In this document: positions 28,359-37,297 of the stretch, one piece after another
Layout of the letters: each line of letters opens with the position of its first letter
Numbering within the stretch: position 1 is the first letter of the stretch
Assembly: GCA_030066175.1 (NCBI GenBank)
Contig: JASJCC010000001.1
Location: 1 to 63,648 of the forward strand
Length of the DNA: 63,648 nucleotides
From: Paracoccaceae bacterium
Lineage (GTDB): Bacteria; Pseudomonadota; Alphaproteobacteria; Rhodobacterales; Rhodobacteraceae
Direction of reading: 5' to 3'
The notes under the pieces: generated by a model
What the model was told of the DNA's origin: nothing
Databases searched by the model: none
Seen by the model: only the letters and a program-made list of their open reading frames with translations
Position numbers and translations under genes: made by a program

Positions 28359-29699
28359 GTGACGTCGATCGAGGTCAAGAAACTGCCGGTGGATCCGGGG
28401 CCTGCGGCCTGGAACGCGCTTTTGCCCGAACCGGGGGCCGCGCGGCCCTTGGAGGGCGCGGTGACGGCGGATTGGCTGGTGATTGGGGCGGGTTTTGCCG
28501 GGCTCGCGGCGGCGCGGCGGTTGTCTTTGCTGCATCCCGGGGATCGGATCGTGCTCTTGGAGGCGCGGCGGGTGGCGGAGGGGCCGGCAGGGCGTAATTC
28601 GGGGTTTATGGTCGATCTTCCGCATGATCTGACCAGTGACGATTATGGCGGGGCGCTGGAGCATGATCTGGCGCAGACCAAGGCGAACCGGGCCGGCATT
28701 GGTTTTGCACGGGAGACGGCTGAAGCGTTTGGGTTGGTGGGTGAGGCTTTTGCCCCCATCGGCAAGACCAACGCGGCGGCGACCGAGAAGGGACATCAAC
28801 ACAATCTCGACTACGCGCAGCACCTGACCAGTATGGGTGAGACGCATGAGATGCTGGACGCGCAGCAGATGTTTGAGATGACCGGGACGCGCTATTACCG
28901 CAGCGGGCTTTACACCCCCGGCGCGGTGATCCTGCAGCCGGCGCTGTTTGTCCGCGGTGTGGCGCAGGGGATCGTGTCGAACCGGGTGTCTGTGCATGAG
29001 ACGTCGCCTGTGACGTGGCTCGATTGGGCCGGGGATTGGGTCGCGACGACGCCCAATGGCCAGGTGACGGCACCCAAGGTGATCCTGGCGGTGAACGGGC
29101 ATGCGGAGAGCTTTGGCTTTTTCACCGGGCAGTTGATGCATGTCTTTACCTATGCGTCGATGACCCGGGTGTTGACCTCGGAGGAACAGGCGCGGCTGGG
29201 TGGGCAGCGGCAATGGGGGGTGACGCCGGCGGATCCTCTGGGCTCGACCGTGCGGCGGGTTTCGGGCACTGGTGGCGACCGGATCGTGGTGCGCAACCGC
29301 TTTACCTATGATCCGTCGATGGAGGTGTCGGAGGCGCGGATACGGGACGTCGCGCGCAGCCATGACCGCGCCTTTGCCGCGCGTTTTCCGATGCTGGGCG
29401 GCGTGTCGATGGCGTATCGCTGGGGCGGACGGCTGTGCCTGTCGCGCAATTCGGTGCCGGCCTTTGGGGAGGTGGCGCCGGGGCTCTATGCGGCCTGCTG
29501 TCAGAACGGTTTGGGCACGGCCAAGGGCACGTTGGCGGGTATGCTGGCGGCGGATTTGGCCTCAGGGGAGTCGTCGGAGCTGCTCGACTGGATGCTGGCC
29601 GAAGCGCCGCCGCAGAAGCTCCCGCCGCGGCTGATTGCGCAGTTGGGGGCGACGGCGGTGCTGCGTTGGGGCGAGTTTCGGGCGGGACGGGAGCTTTAG
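28359..29699 (+). CDS. FAD-dependent oxidoreductase (DAO family)
   Basis: 446 aa with a GTG start. The dinucleotide-binding motif is DWLVIGAGFAGLAAARRL. Confidence 0.85.
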   Translation: MTSIEVKKLPVDPGPAAWNALLPEPGAARPLEGAVTADWLVIGAGFAGLAAARRLSLLHPGDRIVLLEARRVAEGPAGRNSGFMVDLPHDLTSDDYGGALEHDLAQTKANRAGIGFARETAEAFGLVGEAFAPIGKTNAAATEKGHQHNLDYAQHLTSMGETHEMLDAQQMFEMTGTRYYRSGLYTPGAVILQPALFVRGVAQGIVSNRVSVHETSPVTWLDWAGDWVATTPNGQVTAPKVILAVNGHAESFGFFTGQLMHVFTYASMTRVLTSEEQARLGGQRQWGVTPADPLGSTVRRVSGTGGDRIVVRNRFTYDPSMEVSEARIRDVARSHDRAFAARFPMLGGVSMAYRWGGRLCLSRNSVPAFGEVAPGLYAACCQNGLGTAKGTLAGMLAADLASGESSELLDWMLAEAPPQKLPPRLIAQLGATAVLRWGEFRAGREL

Positions 29700-30562
29700 G
29701 CGAACTCTGACTTGGTGTAGCCTTGCAGGTAGAGCAGGGAGGTCAGGTCGCCGTGGTTCACACGGAGCTCACATTGCGCCTGCACCGACGGTTTGGCGTG
29801 CAGCGCCACACCCGCGCCGGCGCGGTCCAACATACCCAGATCATTGGCGCCGTCGCCCACCGCTAACACCTGCGCCTCTGCCAGATTCAGGCGCGCGGCG
29901 ATCTCCTCCAATGCCTGCACCTTGGCGGCGCGGCCGAGGATCGGCGGCACCACACGGCCGGTCAGATGGCCATCAGAAATCTCCAGAGTGTTGGCGCGGT
30001 TTTCGTCGAACCCAAGCCGAGCCGAGACCGCTTGCGTAAACGCCGTGAAGCCACCGGAGACCAGCACGCAATAGGCGCCATGGGCTTTCATCGTCGCCAG
30101 CAGGTTGGTCCCGCCGGGCATCAGGGTGATGCGGGTGTCGAGCACGTCTTGGATCACCGTCTCGGGCAGCCCTTCCAGTAAGGCAACCCGTTCGGTCAAC
30201 GCGCCCTCGAAATCCAGCTCACCATTCATCGCGCGGGCGGTGATGGCTTTGACATGGGCGCCGACACCCGCCACCTCGGCCAGCTCATCGATGCATTCCT
30301 GCTGGATCATGGTGCTGTCCATATCCGCCAGCAGCATCGCCTTGCGCCGGCCCTCGGCGGGCTGGAGGTTCAGGTCGACGCCCTGATCGCTCAGCGTCGC
30401 GCGGGTGTGGGAAAAGGTGTCGGGCGCGGAGGGCAGGGGGAATTCCGCCGCCTCGTCGGGCGACAGCCATGACGCCGTACCGCCGCCCCACGCATTGCGC
30501 AGCGCTTCGACAAGGGCAGGGTCCAGCGAACCGGGTTTGGCGATCAGCGTGGCGACGAGCAT
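29696..30562 (-). CDS. serB: Phosphoserine phosphatase
   Basis: 288 aa. HAD motifs are LLADMDSTMI (DxDxT), VSGGF and AVGDGANDLGML. Confidence 0.88.
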   Translation of the reverse strand: MLVATLIAKPGSLDPALVEALRNAWGGGTASWLSPDEAAEFPLPSAPDTFSHTRATLSDQGVDLNLQPAEGRRKAMLLADMDSTMIQQECIDELAEVAGVGAHVKAITARAMNGELDFEGALTERVALLEGLPETVIQDVLDTRITLMPGGTNLLATMKAHGAYCVLVSGGFTAFTQAVSARLGFDENRANTLEISDGHLTGRVVPPILGRAAKVQALEEIAARLNLAEAQVLAVGDGANDLGMLDRAGAGVALHAKPSVQAQCELRVNHGDLTSLLYLQGYTKSEFA

Positions 30563-30649
30563 GCGGGGTCTCCTGTTGCGCTGGACGCCTCTTAGCGGGC
30601 GCGTGGGAAAGGTGCCAGAGGCCAGCCTGTCGCGTCTCCGGGGCGCCTG

Positions 30650-32308
30650 TCAGGCAAACGCGCCCTGGCAGAACCAGCCTGATCCCAGCGCCGCGCCATG
30701 GGCGTAGAAGAGCCACAGCCGGTCACCGCGGTCGGTCTCCACCCGCCAGTAATCGCGCTGGCCGCTGCGCCAGTCGGGATCGTCCAGCCACCATTCGGGC
30801 GCGATGCGTTCCGGCCCGGTGGCGCCCACCGGCGCGAAATCACGCCCGCGCCAGCGGAACCGGGCAGGCAGGCGCGGCGTGTCGGGGGCCATCACCGGTT
30901 CGGGGCGCCAGAGCGTCAGCGGCCGGGCGACCGGGGGTTGTGGCCAGTCGGTGGCAGGCTCGGACCAGGCCGCCGCCAGCGTCTGGGCGCCTTTTTCGGG
31001 GATATGGCTTTGGCCTGGATGCCGGCGGGTGATCGCCTCCATCCCGATGCGGGCGCCCAGCCGGCCGATCAGGTCCTCCATCGCCGCACCCTGGCTGCGC
31101 CGGGCCTGACCGCGGCGTGCGGCCTCAAGGTGTCCGGCGGTGGCGCGGTCATGCAGCGGTTCGTGCCGCACCGCCTCAAGCCGCAGCATGTCGATCCCGG
31201 GGCCGGCGTCGATCTCGGGCAGCTTCATCCGGATCAAAGGCTCCAGCCGGTGCGGATCATACGTGGCGCTGGCGGCGATCACCGTCAGCCATTGCATGCT
31301 GTGATCCGAGCGATGCGCCTCGAGCCGCAGGCTGCGCGCCCCCCGGCCCTTGGTGCGCAACTTGTCACAGAGCGGCTCGAGCATCCGGGCCACCCCGGCG
31401 GCGACATCCGCCTCGAGCCCGATGGGCTCGGGCAGGGTGAGGCGCATGGCAAAGCGGTCGGGTGGGGTGGCCGGCGCAATGGGTTCCGGGGCGCTGCCCA
31501 TGGCCTGGTCCAGCCGGTCCACCAGCCCGCGTCCGAACCGGCGCGCCAGCCCGGCGCGGGGCTGGCCGATCAGATCGCCGATGCTGCGCAGGCCCAGCCG
31601 GGCCAGTTGCTGCTGCACATGGCTGTCGATGCGCAGCGCGGCGACGGGCAGCGGCGCCAGCGCGCTATAGCTTTGCCCCGGGGCGGCGATCCGGCTGCTG
31701 TCTTGTGCCGGGGCCATGGCGGTCGCGGGTGCCGCCCCGCCGCGTTCCCAATGCCGCCGCTTGCCGGCGCGGGCGCGGGTTGCATAAGCCTCCTGATCAA
31801 TGGCATCGCCCGACCGATGTGGGCTGGCGGATTGCGCGCTGAACCGCGCCAGCGCCCAGGCCGCACCCAACGTGTCGGCAATGCCCAGCCGCACCGACAG
31901 GCCCAGATCGGTGCAATCCTGTGCCACCTGAAGGGCCAACGCCTCCTCCCCGCCGAAGAGATGCGCGCAGCCGGTGAGGTCGATCACCAGCGCATCGGGC
32001 GCCTCCTGCGCAACCCAGGGCGAAAAGCGCCCGGCCCAGCGGTGCAACGCGCCCAGAAAGGCGGCCTCGCGCTGGGGGACCTGCGCACGGGTGATCAGAC
32101 CGGCACACATGGCATGGGCATCGCGCAAGGGTTGCCCCTTGTGTAACCCGGCCTCCGAGGCCGCTTGCGACAGCGACGACAGCACCTGCATCTGCCCGGT
32201 ATCTTCGACCACGGCAAAGGGCTGATCGGCCAGCCATGGCGACTGGCGGATCAGCCGTTCGGCGCCAAGGCGCGGAAACCAGAGCGATAGGACACGGCGA
32301 TGTGGCAT
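30650..32308 (-). CDS. imuB: Y-family DNA polymerase-like protein ImuB
   Basis: ORF 30650..32413, with the realistic start MPHRRVLSLWFPRLGAERL (ATG 32308). The N-terminus and the C-terminal ...DYWRVETDRGDRLWLFY are typical of ImuB. An SOS box lies 16 nt upstream. Confidence 0.85.
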   Translation of the reverse strand: MPHRRVLSLWFPRLGAERLIRQSPWLADQPFAVVEDTGQMQVLSSLSQAASEAGLHKGQPLRDAHAMCAGLITRAQVPQREAAFLGALHRWAGRFSPWVAQEAPDALVIDLTGCAHLFGGEEALALQVAQDCTDLGLSVRLGIADTLGAAWALARFSAQSASPHRSGDAIDQEAYATRARAGKRRHWERGGAAPATAMAPAQDSSRIAAPGQSYSALAPLPVAALRIDSHVQQQLARLGLRSIGDLIGQPRAGLARRFGRGLVDRLDQAMGSAPEPIAPATPPDRFAMRLTLPEPIGLEADVAAGVARMLEPLCDKLRTKGRGARSLRLEAHRSDHSMQWLTVIAASATYDPHRLEPLIRMKLPEIDAGPGIDMLRLEAVRHEPLHDRATAGHLEAARRGQARRSQGAAMEDLIGRLGARIGMEAITRRHPGQSHIPEKGAQTLAAAWSEPATDWPQPPVARPLTLWRPEPVMAPDTPRLPARFRWRGRDFAPVGATGPERIAPEWWLDDPDWRSGQRDYWRVETDRGDRLWLFYAHGAALGSGWFCQGAFA

Positions 32309-32323
32309 GGCAGCAATTAATTT

Positions 32324-32338
32324 GTTCACATTTTGTTC
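32324..32338. promoter_or_regulatory. Alphaproteobacterial LexA (SOS) box, GTTC-N7-GTTC
   Basis: GTTCacattttGTTC is an exact match to the direct-repeat consensus. It sits immediately upstream of imuB, in the 177-bp region shared with the divergent desaturase gene. Confidence 0.75.
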
Positions 32339-32485
32339 TAGTGTGAATCGGCATCCGAGTCGAGGCCCTGGCGCGCCGCACACCTGCCTTTTCGACCGTC
32401 TTTGCCCGGGCATAGCGACGGGGCGTCAGTGTTGACAGGGGCAGGCCTGCGGGCGGATCATCAACCCTGTGAGGGAGGAAGCGCC

Positions 32486-33427
32486 ATGACACCCGGCAAG
32501 GCCTATCTGACATCCGACGAGATTCGCAGCCTGTCTGCCCGGTCCGATCTCTGGGGCACCTGGCTGATCCTGCATTGCTGGGGGCTGATCCTGGGGGCGG
32601 TGGCGTTGTTTGCGCTTTGGCCCAACCCGTTGACCTTTCTGTTGGCGGTGATCGTGATCGGATCACGGCAACTGGGCCTCGCGATCCTGATGCATGAGGC
32701 TGCGCATAACGCGATGTTCCGCACGCCTTGGCTGAACAATTGGGTCGGCGAATGGCTTTGCGGCCGGCCGATCCTGGCCGATCTGGCCGAATACCGGCAT
32801 TACCACCTGACCCACCACCGCCACACCCAGACCGAAAAAGACCCCGACCTGCGGCTGTCCAAACCCTTTCCCACCACCCGCGCCTCGCTGCGGCGCAAGC
32901 TGATCCGCGACCTCACCGGCCAGACCGGGATCAAGCAGCGCGCCCAGCAGATCATGTTTGCCTTCAAGATGGCGGGCGAGGTCGAGGGCCAGCCCACCGC
33001 GCAGGACCTCGCCCAGGCCTTTTCCGGCCCGGTCCTCGGCCGCGCGCTGATCGCCAATGCGGTGATCTTTGCCGTCTTCTGGGCTTTGGGCGCCTGGTGG
33101 TACTGGCTGGCCTTCTGGCTCTTGCCAATGCTGACATGGTTCCAACTGGCCCTGCGGGTGCGCAGCATTGCCGAACACGGCGCGGTCGAGTTCAGCGACG
33201 ATCCGTTCCGCAATACCCGCACCACGTTGGCCAACCCTCTGGAACGTCTGCTCTTTGCGCCTTATTGGGTGAATTACCATCTGGAGCATCACCTGATCAT
33301 GCACATCCCCGCCCACAACCTGCCGCGCCTGCATGCGATGTTGCTGGGCAAGGGCCTTGGCCCCAAAATGACCACGGCGCCGGGCTATCTGGATGTGTTG
33401 CGGCAGGCCACCTCCCGCCCGGCATGA
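32486..33427 (+). CDS. Membrane fatty acid desaturase family protein
   Basis: ORF 32402..33427, with the likely start MTPGKAYLTSDEI. Three histidine boxes are present: HEAAHN, HLTHHRH and HLEHHLIMH. Confidence 0.85.
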   Translation: MTPGKAYLTSDEIRSLSARSDLWGTWLILHCWGLILGAVALFALWPNPLTFLLAVIVIGSRQLGLAILMHEAAHNAMFRTPWLNNWVGEWLCGRPILADLAEYRHYHLTHHRHTQTEKDPDLRLSKPFPTTRASLRRKLIRDLTGQTGIKQRAQQIMFAFKMAGEVEGQPTAQDLAQAFSGPVLGRALIANAVIFAVFWALGAWWYWLAFWLLPMLTWFQLALRVRSIAEHGAVEFSDDPFRNTRTTLANPLERLLFAPYWVNYHLEHHLIMHIPAHNLPRLHAMLLGKGLGPKMTTAPGYLDVLRQATSRPA

Positions 33428-34314
33428 GCTATGCCCCCCACGACACCCTGATCGCCCCGGCCCGCCCCTCGGCACAGCTTTGGCGTCTGGGTCTTGGGAT
33501 TGTCGTGGCCATTGTGGTGATGTTCGGGCTGACCCGGGCGCTCTTTGGCGCGGTGCATTTCATCCTGGGCGAAGACGCGTATTGGAGCCTTCTCACCCTG
33601 CTTCAAACCGCCTCTACGCCCTTTGGCCTGCTGATCCTGCTTTTTAGCATGGGGTTCATGGCGATCGGCGTGCTGGTGGCGATGCAGATGGTGCATCGGC
33701 GCGGGGTGCTGCAGCTGATCGGGCCATTGGCCCTTGCCTGGCGGCAATTCCGGCGCGTGACCGTGGCGCTGGTATTGCTCTACGCGCTTGTGATGCTGTT
33801 GCCACCCTGGTCATACGCGGGCGAGACGCAGCCGGGTCTGGCGTTCGGCACCTGGCTGTCGCTGCTGCCGTTGACCGTGCTTGGGCTGCTCATTCAGACC
33901 GGCAGCGAAGAGCTGCTCTTTCGCGGTTATATCCAGTCGCAACTGGCCGCCCGTCTGCGGCATCCGCTGGTCTGGCTAACGCTGCCCTCGGCGCTTTTTG
34001 CGCTGGGCCATTATGCGCCGGGGGTTTACGGGCCCAACGCCCCGCTGATTGCGCTTTGGGCCTTTGTCTTCGGCGTTCTGGCGGCGGACCTCACGGCGCG
34101 CTCGGGCACGCTTGGCCCCGCGCTGGCGCTGCATTTCGTCAACAACTTCGTCGCCATTGCCATCACCTCGATGCAAGGCGACATGTCGGGCCTTGCGCTG
34201 TCGAAACTGCCCTTTGGTTCCGACGATATCGAGGCGGTCCGCGCGCTGCTGCCCCTCGACCTTGCGATGCTGATTGTCTCTTGGCTGGCCGCCCGGGTCG
34301 CCCTGCGCCTGTGA
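33424..34314 (+). CDS. CPBP (CAAX/Abi) family intramembrane metalloprotease
   Basis: This is the 3' part of ORF 32728..34314. The start MSYAPHDTLI (ATG 33424) overlaps the desaturase stop as ATGA. Family motifs are SEELLFRGY, FALGH and HFVNN. Confidence 0.8.
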   Translation: MSYAPHDTLIAPARPSAQLWRLGLGIVVAIVVMFGLTRALFGAVHFILGEDAYWSLLTLLQTASTPFGLLILLFSMGFMAIGVLVAMQMVHRRGVLQLIGPLALAWRQFRRVTVALVLLYALVMLLPPWSYAGETQPGLAFGTWLSLLPLTVLGLLIQTGSEELLFRGYIQSQLAARLRHPLVWLTLPSALFALGHYAPGVYGPNAPLIALWAFVFGVLAADLTARSGTLGPALALHFVNNFVAIAITSMQGDMSGLALSKLPFGSDDIEAVRALLPLDLAMLIVSWLAARVALRL

Positions 34315-34372
34315 TTGCAATTCGCGGGGCACAGGCTTAAGTCAGAGCCAGCCAACAGCAAGAGCCGCTGAC

Positions 34373-35305
34373 ATGAACTGGATCTCCAACTACGTCCGCC
34401 CGCGGATCAACTCGATCTTTTCGCGCCGCGAAGTGCCCGAAAACCTCTGGTCCAAGTGTGATGGCTGCGGCACCATGCTGTTTCACCGCGAAATCAGCGA
34501 CAACCTGAATGTCTGCACCAATTGCGGCCACCACATGTATATCTCGCCGCGCGACCGGTTTCACGCGCTGTTCGACGGGGGTGTGTTCAACGAGGTCTCG
34601 GTGCCCGAACCGCTGGCCGATCCGCTGCAATTCCGTGACCAGAAACGCTATCCCGACCGCATGAAGGCGGCACAAAAGCAGACCCAGGAAAAAGAGTCGA
34701 TGCTGGTCGCCACTGGCGAGATTGGCCGCACCCCCATCGTGGCCGCTGCGCAGGATTTCTCGTTCATGGGCGGGTCGATGGGCATGTATGTCGGCAACGC
34801 CATCATCGCCGCCGCCGAAGAGGCCGTGCGCCTGGGCCGTCCGCTGGTCCTGTTCTCCGCCGCCGGCGGTGCCCGGATGCAAGAGGGCATCCTCAGCTTG
34901 ATGCAGATGCCGCGCACGACGGTGGCTGTGCAGATGCTGAAAGAGGCGGGCTTGCCCTATATCGTCGTGCTGACCCATCCCACCACCGGGGGCGTCACTG
35001 CGTCATACGCGATGCTGGGGGACGTGCAGATCGCTGAACCCAATGCGCTGATCTGCTTTGCCGGGCCGCGGGTGATCGAACAGACGATCCGCGAAAAGCT
35101 GCCCGAGGGTTTTCAGCGCGCCGAGTATCTGCTCGACCACGGTATGCTCGACCGCGTCACCGACCGGCGTGAAATGCGCAATGAACTGACTGTGATCTGC
35201 CGCATGCTGATGAAGATGCCGCCGCCCACCTGGGGGGACCTGCCGCCGCCCGGACCGGAGGATACCACGGCACCCGCCCCGGCCGAAGCGCAGCCCACCG
35301 AATGA
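34373..35305 (+). CDS. accD: Acetyl-CoA carboxylase carboxyltransferase beta subunit
   Basis: ORF 34274..35305, with the start MNWISNYVRPRI. It has the zinc ribbon CDGCGTMLF...CTNCGHH followed by a carboxyltransferase domain. Confidence 0.95.
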   Translation: MNWISNYVRPRINSIFSRREVPENLWSKCDGCGTMLFHREISDNLNVCTNCGHHMYISPRDRFHALFDGGVFNEVSVPEPLADPLQFRDQKRYPDRMKAAQKQTQEKESMLVATGEIGRTPIVAAAQDFSFMGGSMGMYVGNAIIAAAEEAVRLGRPLVLFSAAGGARMQEGILSLMQMPRTTVAVQMLKEAGLPYIVVLTHPTTGGVTASYAMLGDVQIAEPNALICFAGPRVIEQTIREKLPEGFQRAEYLLDHGMLDRVTDRREMRNELTVICRMLMKMPPPTWGDLPPPGPEDTTAPAPAEAQPTE

Positions 35306-36576
35306 CGGCGCAAAGCTCGGACGTCATCCTCGAACGGATGATGGCGCTGCACCCCAAGATCATCGACCTGACCCTGGATCGCGTCTGGACGCTTCTGGAT
35401 GCGTTGGGTAGTCCGCAGAACGACCTGCCGCCGGTCATCCACATCGCCGGCACCAATGGCAAAGGCTCCACCCAGGCGATGCTGCGCGCCGGGCTCGAAG
35501 GCGCGGGCAAGACCGTGCATGCCTATACCTCGCCGCATCTGGCGCGGTTTCACGAACGGATCCGGCTGGCCGGGGAGCTGATTTCCGAGGACGCGCTGAC
35601 CGCGGTGCTGGACGAATGCTACGCCGCCAATGGCGATGCGCCGATCACCTATTTTGAGATCACCACCTGCGCCGCCCTTCTGGCCATGGCGCGGACCCCG
35701 GCGGATTACACTTTGCTGGAGGTTGGGCTGGGCGGTCGTCTTGACGCCACCAATGTCATCGCCAAACCGGCGCTGACGATCATCACGCCGGTGTCGATGG
35801 ATCACGAACAGTTCCTTGGCGACACGCTGACCAAGATCGCTGGCGAAAAGGCGGGGATCCTCAAGCGCGGCGTGCCCTGCATCGTCGGCCCACAAGCAGA
35901 GGAGGCCGAAACCGCGATCGAGGCCCGCGCCCAGGCGGTTGGCGCTCCACTGCTCAGCCACGGCCAGCACTGGCATGTGCACAGCGAACACGGGTGGCTG
36001 GTCTATCAGGACGACACCGGCCTTCTCGACCTGCCGCTGCCCAACCTGCCCGGCGCGCATCAATTGCAGAACGCCGGCGCCGCCTTGGCCGCCTTGCGCC
36101 ATCTGGGCTTTGGCGAAGACGCGATTGAGGCCGCCGTCACCCGCGCCGAATGGCCCGCGCGGATGCAGCGCCTGCGCCATGGCCCGCTGGTCGAGGCCGC
36201 ACCGCAGGTCGAACTCTGGCTCGATGGCGGTCACAATCCCGCGGCCGGGCAGGCGCTGGCGGCGCATCTGGCCACTCTGCCGGCACGGCCCACGCATCTG
36301 ATCTGCGGCATGCTCAAGACCAAGGATGCCAGCGGCTACATGGCGCCGCTCGCCACGGTGACCGACAGCCTCACCGCCGTCTCCATCCCCGGTGAAGCCG
36401 CCACTTTGCCCGCCGAAGACACCGCTGCGATGGCCGAGAAGGTCGGCATCACCGCCCGCACGGCCGACAGCGTAGGCGCCGCATTGGACGATATTGCTCA
36501 AAAAGATCCGCAGGCCCGCGTGCTGATCTGCGGCTCGCTCTACCTCGCAGGCGCGGTCCTGCGCGAAAACGGCTGA
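35302..36576 (+). CDS. folC: Bifunctional folylpolyglutamate synthase / dihydrofolate synthase
   Basis: 424 aa with an ATGA overlap with accD. The P-loop is HIAGTNGKGST. The conserved accD-folC synteny supports the call. Confidence 0.92.
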   Translation: MTAQSSDVILERMMALHPKIIDLTLDRVWTLLDALGSPQNDLPPVIHIAGTNGKGSTQAMLRAGLEGAGKTVHAYTSPHLARFHERIRLAGELISEDALTAVLDECYAANGDAPITYFEITTCAALLAMARTPADYTLLEVGLGGRLDATNVIAKPALTIITPVSMDHEQFLGDTLTKIAGEKAGILKRGVPCIVGPQAEEAETAIEARAQAVGAPLLSHGQHWHVHSEHGWLVYQDDTGLLDLPLPNLPGAHQLQNAGAALAALRHLGFGEDAIEAAVTRAEWPARMQRLRHGPLVEAAPQVELWLDGGHNPAAGQALAAHLATLPARPTHLICGMLKTKDASGYMAPLATVTDSLTAVSIPGEAATLPAEDTAAMAEKVGITARTADSVGAALDDIAQKDPQARVLICGSLYLAGAVLRENG

Positions 36577-36615
36577 AACCCAGTTCACATCTCCCACACG
36601 CAAAGCGACAGCATA

Positions 36616-36645
36616 TTGACTGATTCGCGCCCGATACCCTATATT
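36616..36645 (+). promoter_or_regulatory. Candidate sigma-70-like promoter (TTGACT-N18-TATATT) upstream of the rhodanese gene
   Basis: This is a sequence match only. It lies in a 123-bp AT-richer intergenic region, 55 nt upstream of ATG 36700. Confidence 0.3.
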
Positions 36646-36699
36646 TTGCGGCAACGCATAGCAAAACAGGCGCGCTAACCGCCGGCAAAGGACGAGCAG

Positions 36700-37272
36700 A
36701 TGTCGCAAGGTCTCTACCTGGCCGCTTTTGTCGTGAGTCTCACGGCCCTGCCCGCTATTGCCCAACAAACCCGGATCAGCGAGGGCCGCGCGACGCTGGA
36801 CGTCACGCTCAGCGGCCAGATGGTGACCGTCTCGCGCAACGGCGCGGCCTGTCCGCCGGCCTGTATTCAGCCGATGATGGCCGCCCCCGGGGTCGCCACG
36901 ATTGGCGAGCTTGAGGTGCTGGATTTCCTCGATCTCTTCGTGGCGGATGGCCGCGGCCTGCTGATCGACGCCCGTCTGCCAGCGGGCTACGGAGTGGGTA
37001 CTCTGCCGGGCGCGGTCAACGTGCCCTCGGCCACGCTGGCCCCCGACAACCCCTATCGCGCCGATCTGCTGAGCGCTTTGGGTGTGCGGGATGGGGATTT
37101 CTCAGGCGCCTACGATCTGGTGCTCTTTGCCGATGGGCCGGCCGCGCCTGAGGTGCCTGTCGCGCTGCGCAGCCTGCTCGAGGCCGGGTACCCGGCGGAG
37201 AAATTAAAGTACTACCGGGGGGGATATCAGACCTGGACGGCGCTGGGGCTCAGCACCGCGGCCGGGCAATGA
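36700..37272 (+). CDS. Secreted rhodanese-like domain protein
   Basis: 190 aa with a signal peptide (LAAFVVSLTALPAIAQQ). The rhodanese-like core reads LIDARLPAGYGVGTLPGAVNVP ... KYYRGGYQTWTALG. Confidence 0.7.
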   Translation: MSQGLYLAAFVVSLTALPAIAQQTRISEGRATLDVTLSGQMVTVSRNGAACPPACIQPMMAAPGVATIGELEVLDFLDLFVADGRGLLIDARLPAGYGVGTLPGAVNVPSATLAPDNPYRADLLSALGVRDGDFSGAYDLVLFADGPAAPEVPVALRSLLEAGYPAEKLKYYRGGYQTWTALGLSTAAGQ

Positions 37273-37297
37273 GTGTACGTGAACCCAAGAGAGTGCC

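Noticed and set aside
26661-29363. A 900-aa ORF on the minus strand, the longest non-annotated ORF in the track
   Set aside because: It lies fully antisense to the well-supported MttB-family and FAD-oxidoreductase genes. Its translation is dominated by Arg, His, Pro and Gly with no motifs. This is the classic antisense shadow ORF of a high-GC genome.
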